Source: a virus. Taken from it: 32,663 bases of DNA. The notes under the pieces were generated by a model, which worked only from the letters and a program-made list of their open reading frames with translations, did no database searches and had not been told where the DNA came from. The position numbers and the translations under genes are program-made. Positions 7,237-13,775 of this stretch are shown here, one piece after another (the first letter of the stretch is position 1; each line of letters starts with the position of its first letter). The stretch is from positions 1 through 32,663 of the IMG/VR virus record IMGVR_UViG_3300000352_000001, one strand, 5' to 3'.

Positions 7237-7561
7237 CCATTAAATACCTAATGGCTTTATCTTTTGATTTAAATGATTCTATGAAGCAGTCATATGATGT
7301 ATTATCACATACTACCCATTCGCCATCATCAGCTTGACTTATATACAAGTTAGGATCTCTTTTTAATTTATGATGAATTCCATGCTCTTCTATCATTGCT
7401 GTTATAAATTCCATGGGTACTTCTCTTATGTCGTAGTATTCAGGACATCCTGAGTTTGTGCATCCGTAAGTTGTTAATGGCTTACCGCATTTTTCACATT
7501 TAATAGTCTTCACTTTTTCCCCTTTACTTTTTATAATCGATTGCTTTGATATTGAATTCAA
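7172..7561 (-). CDS. Hypothetical zinc-ribbon protein
   Basis: CEKCGK...GCTNSGC cysteine cluster. Confidence 0.45.
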   Translation of the reverse strand: MNSISKQSIIKSKGEKVKTIKCEKCGKPLTTYGCTNSGCPEYYDIREVPMEFITAMIEEHGIHHKLKRDPNLYISQADDGEWVVCDNTSYDCFIESFKSKDKAIRYLMGEDPEILYEEEEREAHDNNTK

Positions 7562-8051
7562 TACTTACTGTTTTTTTGACTTGCTGCTTTTTGTTTCTCT
7601 CATAGTTTTCAATGAACTCTTTTCTAACCCATTCGTTTGTATAATCTTTAATTTGGGATTTCATTTCTGCTATGGTTATTTTAAGCGCAGGATCTGTTAT
7701 GTCTTCTATCATGTCATCTATGTAGTAAACAGTGCCATGCGATGGATTGTATCCGTTATACTTTTTGTTTCTAAGCATTACTAGTATTGATTCCCAAGCT
7801 GCTTCGCCACTCATGCTTTTATTCGTTATCGTATCTCTCATGGATTCAATAAGTCGAGTAGGTGAGTCCGGTGGTCTGGAGTTTTCCATCATATAGTTTT
7901 GTATTAATGTTTCAAATTCAGCATCGGATAGGTTTTTAAATGTCATGTACCATACTTGCTGTACAAGCGGATTATCTAAGTCGAGCTTGAAGTATACGTA
8001 GAATGCATTTAGAAGTTCCATGCCCTGTACGAATACTTTTTTACTCAGCAT
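7524..8051 (-). CDS. Putative helicase-loader-like replication protein (G39P-like)
   Basis: N-terminal pattern ...LLNAFYVYFKLDLDN...QVWYMTFKNLSDAEFE...NSRPPDSPTRLIE. It lies directly downstream of the replication initiator. Confidence 0.45.
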   Translation of the reverse strand: MLSKKVFVQGMELLNAFYVYFKLDLDNPLVQQVWYMTFKNLSDAEFETLIQNYMMENSRPPDSPTRLIESMRDTITNKSMSGEAAWESILVMLRNKKYNGYNPSHGTVYYIDDMIEDITDPALKITIAEMKSQIKDYTNEWVRKEFIENYERNKKQQVKKTVSIEFNIKAIDYKK

Positions 8052-8820
8052 CTAGGAAGCCTCCCCATCTTTTTTCTACTCTCATTACAACGTCGCTGTC
8101 GATTTCGTCTTTCCATCTTCCATCGTTTAGCCATGTAGCTGGATAAGGTATGAACTTGCCGTCTTCCTTTTTCCAGTCTTCTGTTTTTTTAAACTTATGA
8201 ATTGCTTCTATCATAATGTCGACTAGCTCAACAGTGGGTTTCTTTCTTTTAAACCATGACTCAGCTTTATCTTTAGCTTTCTTCTTTGGATATGCTTTCC
8301 AAAATCGTTCGAATCTATCTTGGATGGATTCTTCTGTTGCTACTTCCTGAGCAGCAATTAGCGCAGGTGTTTCTTTTCCTCTTGACTTAACTTTACTTAA
8401 CTTATCTTTGGTTGCCATTTGGTTGCCAGACTCGTTTTCTTCTACTATTGAGTCGAATAAATCATGCGGTTCTTTAATCTCTTTTAAGGTGTAAGCTTTG
8501 TTATCTTTCATGTCCAACAGTGCCATTTGTTCTTGATATACTGTGGGTTTGTAACGATCCCATCTAATGAGATTGTGGATGCGCCAGTGTTTGATTACTA
8601 CTACTCCATTTTCAAACGCTATAATGAACCTTTTTGCTATAAGCAGCATATAATCATCATTGCTGGCTTTTACGTTTCTCATTACTGCCATTGGGTTTTT
8701 TACGAACCCATCATCGTCAGCTTTTGAGATTAGGTGGAAATAATAATTTTGTGCTGATACAGGCATGTTAAGGAACATGTCACTGTCCGTTATTTGATCT
8801 GAGAACATTCTTCTTGCCAT
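8041..8820 (-). CDS. Putative replication initiation / replisome-organizer (DnaD-like) protein
   Basis: RRMFSDQITDSDMFLNMPVSAQNYYFHLISKADDDGFV...IKHWRIHN at the N-terminus. The C-terminus has RFERFWKAYPKKKAKDKAESWF...PYPATWLNDGRW, typical of Firmicutes phage replication organizers. Confidence 0.6.
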   Translation of the reverse strand: MARRMFSDQITDSDMFLNMPVSAQNYYFHLISKADDDGFVKNPMAVMRNVKASNDDYMLLIAKRFIIAFENGVVVIKHWRIHNLIRWDRYKPTVYQEQMALLDMKDNKAYTLKEIKEPHDLFDSIVEENESGNQMATKDKLSKVKSRGKETPALIAAQEVATEESIQDRFERFWKAYPKKKAKDKAESWFKRKKPTVELVDIMIEAIHKFKKTEDWKKEDGKFIPYPATWLNDGRWKDEIDSDVVMRVEKRWGGFLDAE

Positions 8821-8840
8821 TTTTTAATATCCTTCACTTT

Positions 8841-9494
8841 CTATTTTTTATGGACTCCGCCAATATAAACTTTTACTCTTTCTTTTTGTGCATCATTTAA
8901 ATCCCACATGACATAGAGCTGCGTTGTTATAATGTCATTGTGGTTGTACATTTTCGATAGTGTTTGCCAGGATCCACCACCTAAGATGTAATGGTATCCG
9001 AATGTTTTTCTTAGACTATGAAGACCGAACGTATATCCTATTCCGACTTCATCAGCTATATCCGAAACTATCTTATGTCCTTGTTGTCGAGTGATTGGCA
9101 AGTATATTTTCTTGCCTTGATGTATTTTTTTTTGACCCATGAACATGTAATCATATTCAGTCAAGTTGTTTCTTTGAATATATTCTAGGATGTCTTCATG
9201 CAGTTGCTTATTCATTTTGTAATTTTGCATTTTACCGGTTTTGTTTTCTTTGATTGATACATAACCCTTAATGACATCTTTAACTCTTATTTGAAGCAAA
9301 TCTTCTGCTCTAAGTGCTGTATTAAATCCTAGTACACACAGCATCCAGTTTCTATCAGCTTGCTCTTTTTTGACATCAGTTTTTGCTGATTCTCTTCTTT
9401 TTAATAATTGGAACATAAATCTTTCAAGTTCCCTTGGATCTTTAATTGGCCATGTTTGATGCTGCCCACCAAAGTATTTTACTCTTCTTGCCAT
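8841..9494 (-). CDS. Tyrosine recombinase; short, catalytic-domain-only form (217 aa)
   Basis: Catalytic residues can be read as NTALRAEDL (Arg), HSLRKTFG (His-x-x-Arg), NHND (His) and TQLYV (Tyr). Confidence 0.75.
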   Translation of the reverse strand: MARRVKYFGGQHQTWPIKDPRELERFMFQLLKRRESAKTDVKKEQADRNWMLCVLGFNTALRAEDLLQIRVKDVIKGYVSIKENKTGKMQNYKMNKQLHEDILEYIQRNNLTEYDYMFMGQKKIHQGKKIYLPITRQQGHKIVSDIADEVGIGYTFGLHSLRKTFGYHYILGGGSWQTLSKMYNHNDIITTQLYVMWDLNDAQKERVKVYIGGVHKK

Positions 9495-10009
9495 TGCTCA
9501 TTTTCCTTCCCATTGACATTTGAATGTTTATTTGATATCCTATTATTGACAATAAATGGGTTGTCAAATAAGACTCTAATTTCTTCTGGCGGAAGGTATG
9601 CGGTGTCTTTTTTCTTTTTAGCTTCGGTTACATATTCAATCCTTTTTATTAGGTCATACGCTCGACGCATGAACCAATCATTTAGACTTTTATATCCGGC
9701 TTCTTTCAATGCTGATTTTGAGAATAAATCTTTAAACTTACGATCCATTCTAACGTGAATATGGAAGTATGGATAATCTTCTGGAATATCGTTTCTTCCG
9801 TTCTTTTTCTTGAGTAGTCTTATTTCTTCCCTGGTGTAAATTTGAAGACGATCAACATCCAATGCTGTTTCAATTTTAATCATAGTTTCTGGTGTCGGAA
9901 GCACTCGATAGTCTTCTATCATTGCTATGATTTTTTCTTTTACTCCAACTGCTATTGCTAGCTCATTTTTACTAATCTTCTTTTGTCTTCTAAGTTGTAA
10001 TAATTTCAT
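9479..10009 (-). CDS. XRE-type HTH protein with an uncharacterised C-terminal domain
   Basis: N-terminus KKISKNELAIAVGVKEKIIAMIEDYRVLPTPETMIKIETAL. Confidence 0.6.
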   Translation of the reverse strand: MKLLQLRRQKKISKNELAIAVGVKEKIIAMIEDYRVLPTPETMIKIETALDVDRLQIYTREEIRLLKKKNGRNDIPEDYPYFHIHVRMDRKFKDLFSKSALKEAGYKSLNDWFMRRAYDLIKRIEYVTEAKKKKDTAYLPPEEIRVLFDNPFIVNNRISNKHSNVNGKENEQWQEE

Positions 10010-10329
10010 GATATGCCAACTTCCTTTTGATATCTCTCAAGTGACTTATAGTCCTTTGGATTCAATTTATTTTCGTTGCACCATATAATGAACTTAGCTA
10101 TTTGGTCATTTTGGTTAAAGTCAATTTTATCTATTTCTTCTTGACTTACACCTAATCTTTTTAACCTGTCTATTGATCCTGAGATGGTAGCTTCTATCTC
10201 ATTCTTTTCGGATGTTTGCGACTGATTATTTTTTGATATTTGCCCATAAAATATCTTAATCTCAGCTACATTTTTTTGGGCTTGAATTATTACTTCTTTT
10301 ACTTCTCTTTTTCTTTCTGGCTCTGTCAT
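10006..10329 (-). CDS. Hypothetical protein
   Basis: 107-aa coupled ORF. Confidence 0.45.
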   Translation of the reverse strand: MTEPERKREVKEVIIQAQKNVAEIKIFYGQISKNNQSQTSEKNEIEATISGSIDRLKRLGVSQEEIDKIDFNQNDQIAKFIIWCNENKLNPKDYKSLERYQKEVGIS

Positions 10330-10340
10330 TTTTATACCTC

Positions 10341-10580
10341 CTATTTTTGGTTAATGACTAGTATGCTTTTTACATCTTCTTGATAGAACACTTCTTCTTT
10401 GACTTTAAAGTATTCACTCAGCTTCTCAACATCTTTTGGGAATATCTTACTTTTCCCTGTCACTTTGTGTGACATCGCAACCCTAGTTATGCCTAGGATT
10501 TTTGCTAATTCATCCTGCTTTATATTGCCAATATGCATGAGCGCTTTTACGATTTCAGGGTTTGCGGACTTGATTGCCAT
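10341..10580 (-). CDS. Small HTH DNA-binding protein (Cro/regulator-like)
   Basis: IKQDELAKILGITRVAMSHKVTGKS. It is the first gene after a consensus promoter. Confidence 0.65.
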   Translation of the reverse strand: MAIKSANPEIVKALMHIGNIKQDELAKILGITRVAMSHKVTGKSKIFPKDVEKLSEYFKVKEEVFYQEDVKSILVINQK

Positions 10581-10607
10581 ATATCTTTTTCCTTTCGTTT
10601 TAGATTT

Positions 10608-10636
10608 ATTATAGTCGCATCCGCTTACATTGTCAA
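10608..10636 (-). promoter_or_regulatory. Consensus sigma70/sigA promoter TTGACA-N17-TATAAT
   Basis: Minus-strand -35 at 10636-10631 and -10 at 10613-10608. The palindrome CATTGaCAATG overlaps the -35. Confidence 0.75.
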
Positions 10637-10664
10637 TGCACTTTTTTTACATCATGTATACTTT

Positions 10665-11111
10665 TTAATCATTTTGAAAGTATGATATTGGGAATTCAAG
10701 TTTTTTTGCTATCTTTTCTTTGTTTATTTTTCCCGGAATTCTGTTTCCATTTTCCCATGAACTTAGCTGCTGTTTTGTAATGCCTAGGATTGTTGCAGCC
10801 TGCAGTTGATCGAGTCCATTTGCTTCACGTGCAGCTTTAATTACAGCCGCATCCGATTCTTCTTTTGGTCTGATATCCTTTTCAAGTAGTATCATTGCCT
10901 CTATTAATGTCGAATTAATAATTTCGCATAATGGGTTTATTTTAATAGCTTCTTTTCTTATACTAAATCCTTTCCCATGGATGGCGACGATCACCTGTTT
11001 TACTTCTTGTTCTTGATTAACTGTGGCAAGTTCTATTGTTACATTTTTGTTTGGGTTCTTCTCAATCTTCGCTACTTCTAGTAAGATGTTTTTCATCATT
11101 TCGTTTGTCAT
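10665..11111 (-). CDS. Protein with a C-terminal XRE-type HTH; start revised to the internal ATG
   Basis: C-terminus LQAATILGITKQQLSSWENGNRIP. The ATG at 11111 is preceded by AAAGGAAGGTATAAAC, whereas the track start at 11168 overlaps the upstream gene by 55 nt. Confidence 0.6.
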   Translation of the reverse strand: MTNEMMKNILLEVAKIEKNPNKNVTIELATVNQEQEVKQVIVAIHGKGFSIRKEAIKINPLCEIINSTLIEAMILLEKDIRPKEESDAAVIKAAREANGLDQLQAATILGITKQQLSSWENGNRIPGKINKEKIAKKLEFPISYFQND

Positions 11112-11113
11112 GT

Positions 11114-11515
11114 TTATACCTTCCTTTTTATCCAGTAATTCCGGATGTATTTGTTTCTGCAATCCCATATATCTATTAAAAATTTTCGATGATCTTTAGT
11201 TATTATGCAGGTTAGATGCTTATTGACACTTACTATTATGGTATCAGCTTCTACTACTTTTTCTATTTCATCAATGCGGTACTTCTTTTTATCCCATTTT
11301 TTAGGTTGAGCATATTTGATGTATCCTAGTTCACCAAGTACCTTCGTGTAGTTCTTTGGATCTGCAATATGATTTCCACTTTTTTTGTATTCTTCTATCA
11401 GCATGTCCAATACTTCAATGTACTTTTTTCCAGTAGCTGATGTAATTGCCCGGACAACACAATCAGTTGTTTTTTTATTTCTAAAGTTATTATTCGTTTG
11501 TTCATAGTAAATCAT
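11114..11515 (-). CDS. Hypothetical protein with a possible papain-like Cys/His arrangement; start revised
   Basis: TTDCVVRAITSATG (candidate Cys) ... VNKHLTCII (candidate His) ... DIWD. The ATG at 11515 is preceded by TGAGGTAGAAAAA. The fold assignment is a guess. Confidence 0.35.
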   Translation of the reverse strand: MIYYEQTNNNFRNKKTTDCVVRAITSATGKKYIEVLDMLIEEYKKSGNHIADPKNYTKVLGELGYIKYAQPKKWDKKKYRIDEIEKVVEADTIIVSVNKHLTCIITKDHRKFLIDIWDCRNKYIRNYWIKRKV

Positions 11516-11525
11516 TTTTTCTACC

Positions 11526-11840
11526 TCACAGTGTGATGATTGCTGCGTATCTGGCATAATCGTATCCTTCCGAATCAATCAGGATACCGTAATTATATCC
11601 ATCGCATGTCACTAATAAGCAGTGCCACATACCTTTATCATCTGTGTACATCGTTTCTTTATTTTCTATGATGAACTTTTTATCATCTAGTGGGTTGTTT
11701 ATTAAGTCTTCAAATTCTTCTTTTGTGACCTGGATTTGATATTCTATGATGTACTTTGTTTGTGGCAATAAGTCTTCTCTTTGTGGCTTTGTTTTAAATG
11801 TTGCATATCCATGTATGCTTTTTGGTATTGATTTATTCAT
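11526..11840 (-). CDS. Hypothetical protein
   Basis: 104-aa ORF ending ...WHCLLVTCDGYNYGILIDSEGYDYARYAA. No function known to me. Confidence 0.45.
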   Translation of the reverse strand: MNKSIPKSIHGYATFKTKPQREDLLPQTKYIIEYQIQVTKEEFEDLINNPLDDKKFIIENKETMYTDDKGMWHCLLVTCDGYNYGILIDSEGYDYARYAAIITL

Positions 11841-12279
11841 AGTATAACTCCAATTTGATTACTGGTTCTCTAGTTATATTATCGATCAATAAATCCAGTG
11901 GGTATTCTGGGTTAGCTTTTAAATATGGCGATTCTCTTCCTTCTTCATAAAGTGTTATCAAATGCTCTGTCTTTTCGACTCTAACGATTTTCCTAGGTGT
12001 CTTTGCTAGTATTTGTGTTACGTAATTTCCTTCGCTTATTTGTCCTAACTTTACTGGTGTCCATGCCAAGTTGCTTGGATCTCTTTTTTCATTTGGGTCT
12101 GTTATGTATGTCACTTTTGGTTTTCCCAATTCAACCCCCATTTCAATCACTAGTTTTTGTACTATCGATTCTAATTGATACTGTGATTTTACATGATGCC
12201 AATCTTCGGTTTTACATATCATTCCGTTTTTAAATTCTACAATGACTTTTACTTTCATTTTAATCTTCCCTTTCTTCAT
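11833..12279 (-). CDS. Hypothetical protein; the start may be the ATG at 12258
   Basis: 148-aa ORF. The second ATG follows AAGGGAAGATTAAA. Confidence 0.45.
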   Translation of the reverse strand: MKKGKIKMKVKVIVEFKNGMICKTEDWHHVKSQYQLESIVQKLVIEMGVELGKPKVTYITDPNEKRDPSNLAWTPVKLGQISEGNYVTQILAKTPRKIVRVEKTEHLITLYEEGRESPYLKANPEYPLDLLIDNITREPVIKLELYYE

Positions 12280-12412
12280 CCATGTATGCTCGAGGATGTT
12301 TTTTATTTTTATTTCTTTTTTCTACTAGTTTTTCAGCTTTGGTATAGCTTCTTGTTTTTAGTATTTTTGCTCCTGCATCAATCACAACGTACTTCTTTGT
12401 TTTGCTCATCAT
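12260..12412 (-). CDS. Hypothetical 50-aa basic protein; below the ORF-track size cut-off
   Basis: Hand translation gives MMSKTKKYVVIDAGAKILKTRSYTKAEKLVEKRNKNKKHPRAYMDEERED. Its start overlaps the upstream stop (ATGA), and it fills an otherwise empty 129-bp gap. Confidence 0.4.
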   Translation of the reverse strand: MMSKTKKYVVIDAGAKILKTRSYTKAEKLVEKRNKNKKHPRAYMDEERED

Positions 12413-12732
12413 TTCACTCTTTCTATTAGTATAATAAGATTTTTTCCTGTGATTAATTCGTAGTTTATCTTATCTACAATTTTTTCTACAATTTTTAATC
12501 CTTTTTTATACTTGATTACATCATCTTTTGTAGATGTGAATTCGATGACTATTGGGTTTGATCCTATCTTTGAAAAATCAGTATCTTCCCAATTCCATTC
12601 CAGTGTTATGCCTTTTTTTTCTTCAATGACATCGATTGCACGCCATCTAGGATCAGAGTCTATTTTTGTTAGATAATCTGGCTTCCACACATTCTTATTA
12701 AACACATTTTGAAGTTGTTCTATGATTCTCAT
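12409..12732 (-). CDS. Hypothetical protein immediately downstream of hammerhead copy 1
   Basis: The ATG lies 6 nt after the GGAGG that directly follows the repeat's 3' tail. Confidence 0.5.
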   Translation of the reverse strand: MRIIEQLQNVFNKNVWKPDYLTKIDSDPRWRAIDVIEEKKGITLEWNWEDTDFSKIGSNPIVIEFTSTKDDVIKYKKGLKIVEKIVDKINYELITGKNLIILIERVK

Positions 12733-12742
12733 TAATTACCTC

Positions 12743-12814
12743 CTAGCCTATCTCATCAGCACTGGGTGGCTGCTCCAGTGGACTAGAGCCTGTGGGTTTG
12801 CTCTAGTTTCGATT
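12743..12814 (-). ncRNA. Type II hammerhead self-cleaving ribozyme motif, copy 1; predicted cleavage between 12781 and 12780
   Basis: Minus-strand RNA: AAUC-GAA-[ACUAGAGC-AAACCCACAG-GCUCUAGU]-C^-[CACUGG-AGCAGCCAC-CCAGUG]-CUGAUGA-GAUAGGCUAG. All 11 core positions and the A15.1-U16.1 pair are present. Confidence 0.75.
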
Positions 12815-12815
12815 T

Positions 12816-13079
12816 TTAAATTTTGATTATTTCTAATTTGATTAATTTTTTAACTACCACTGTACCTTGGATTGCATCGCTTTTTTCTACCATGTGCTTT
12901 TCTACTTTTTTGATTAGCTCATCAGCTTTGGTTCCATCAGCAACTTCGACTGTGAAGTTTGATTTCCATGTTTCATTTGGACTTTTGATTTGGTGTGATT
13001 CACCTGTACCTATGTTTTTCATTGTGACATATTCATTCTTTGGTTTTTTTTGATATTCGCATCTAACTTCTACTACCAT
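12816..13079 (-). CDS. Hypothetical 87-aa protein between hammerhead copies 2 and 1
   Basis: GGAGG-N8-AUG. The stop UAA lies 2 nt before the next repeat. Confidence 0.5.
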   Translation of the reverse strand: MVVEVRCEYQKKPKNEYVTMKNIGTGESHQIKSPNETWKSNFTVEVADGTKADELIKKVEKHMVEKSDAIQGTVVVKKLIKLEIIKI

Positions 13080-13091
13080 TTTAATTTCCTC

Positions 13092-13163
13092 CTAGCCTAT
13101 CTCATCAGCACTGGGTGGCTGCTCCAGTGGACTAGAGCCTGTGGGTTTGCTCTAGTTTCGATT
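13092..13163 (-). ncRNA. Type II hammerhead ribozyme motif, copy 2; predicted cleavage between 13130 and 13129
   Basis: Identical in sequence to copy 1 over the whole motif. The upstream ORF's stop codon (13162-13164) overlaps the 5' edge of the motif. Confidence 0.75.
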
Positions 13164-13425
13164 ATTCGTATGATTCTAGTATTTCTTGGTATTTATCATA
13201 AGCTTCTTGTAGTGCATCTTTGACTTCTTCTAGTCCTTCAATTTGTGATTCTATTTTTTCTATTTTTTCTTGCTCTTTCTCAGTGTTTTCGCCTGATTCT
13301 CTTTCATATGCTTTTTCTTCTATTTTCTCTTTTTTCTCTTCTAGGTTTGGGATGTATTCTTCTTCTATCTTGTTTATTTCATCCTGTAGTGTTTCCATTT
13401 TTGCTTCTATTTGCTTTTTTGTCAT
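13162..13425 (-). CDS. Highly acidic 87-aa predicted coiled-coil protein
   Basis: Hand count gives about 29 Asp+Glu against about 14 Lys+Arg. Heptad-like EEKKEKIEEK... repeats. Flanked by hammerhead copies 3 and 2. Confidence 0.5.
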   Translation of the reverse strand: MTKKQIEAKMETLQDEINKIEEEYIPNLEEKKEKIEEKAYERESGENTEKEQEKIEKIESQIEGLEEVKDALQEAYDKYQEILESYE

Positions 13426-13437
13426 TGTTTTCTCTTT

Positions 13438-13509
13438 CTAGCCTATCTCATCAGCACTGGGTGGCTACTCCAGTGGACTAGAGCCTGTGGGTTTGCTCTA
13501 GTTTCGATT
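13438..13509 (-). ncRNA. Type II hammerhead ribozyme motif, copy 3; predicted cleavage between 13476 and 13475
   Basis: Same as copies 1 and 2 apart from one substitution (plus-strand a at 13467, so loop I reads AGUAGCCAC). Confidence 0.75.
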
Positions 13510-13510
13510 T

Positions 13511-13687
13511 TTATTGTTCTTCGGTTATTTCATCTAGGCTGTATGTTTCGATTTCTTCTTCGGTTAATTTTCTATCGTATTCTATGATGTCGTAGTATGT
13601 ATTGGTTGGATCATCATGTCTTCTTATAAATCCGTTCATTGGTTGGCATCCTATGCTGAACCCTCTTAGTCGCATTCCGTATTTCAT
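13511..13687 (-). CDS. Hypothetical 58-aa protein, first gene of the early operon; start revised
   Basis: The track start at 13726 lies inside the -10 box. The ATG at 13687 follows GGAGGAATAAA. The product begins MKYGMRLRGFSIGCQPMNGF... Confidence 0.55.
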   Translation of the reverse strand: MKYGMRLRGFSIGCQPMNGFIRRHDDPTNTYYDIIEYDRKLTEEEIETYSLDEITEEQ

Positions 13688-13724
13688 TTTATTCCTCCAT
13701 GGCCTTTGCCTTATTTCTAACACC

Positions 13725-13757
13725 ATTATATCAAATAGCGTTTACTTAGTCAACGCT
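13725..13757 (-). promoter_or_regulatory. Near-consensus promoter TTGACT-N17-TGaTATAAT (extended -10) with an overlapping inverted repeat AGCGTT-N9-AACGCT as candidate operator
   Basis: -35 at 13753-13748 and -10 at 13730-13725. The inverted-repeat arms are 13737-13742 and 13752-13757. The site is immediately downstream of a terminator. Confidence 0.8.
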
Positions 13758-13775
13758 TATGTTATATTGAAGTGC

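Noticed and set aside
12743-13509. The three identical ~72-nt repeats interpreted as a CRISPR array or as simple REP-like repeats
   Set aside because: The repeat spacing is about 350 bp, and each interval is a complete RBS-equipped ORF, not a 25-40-nt spacer. The repeat also contains the full hammerhead core, which explains it better.
13533-13538. Upstream AGCCUA (copy 3) or AGCUUA (copy 2) pairing with the ribozyme tail UAGGCU as an extended stem II
   Set aside because: The partner lies at variable distance inside the upstream coding sequences and is absent upstream of copy 1. The loop I pairing lies within the conserved repeat and is more plausible.
13688-13726. Track start codon at 13726 for the first early gene
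   Set aside because: That ATG lies within the -10 hexamer (13725-13730), so it cannot be on the mRNA. The ATG at 13687 has a GGAGG SD.
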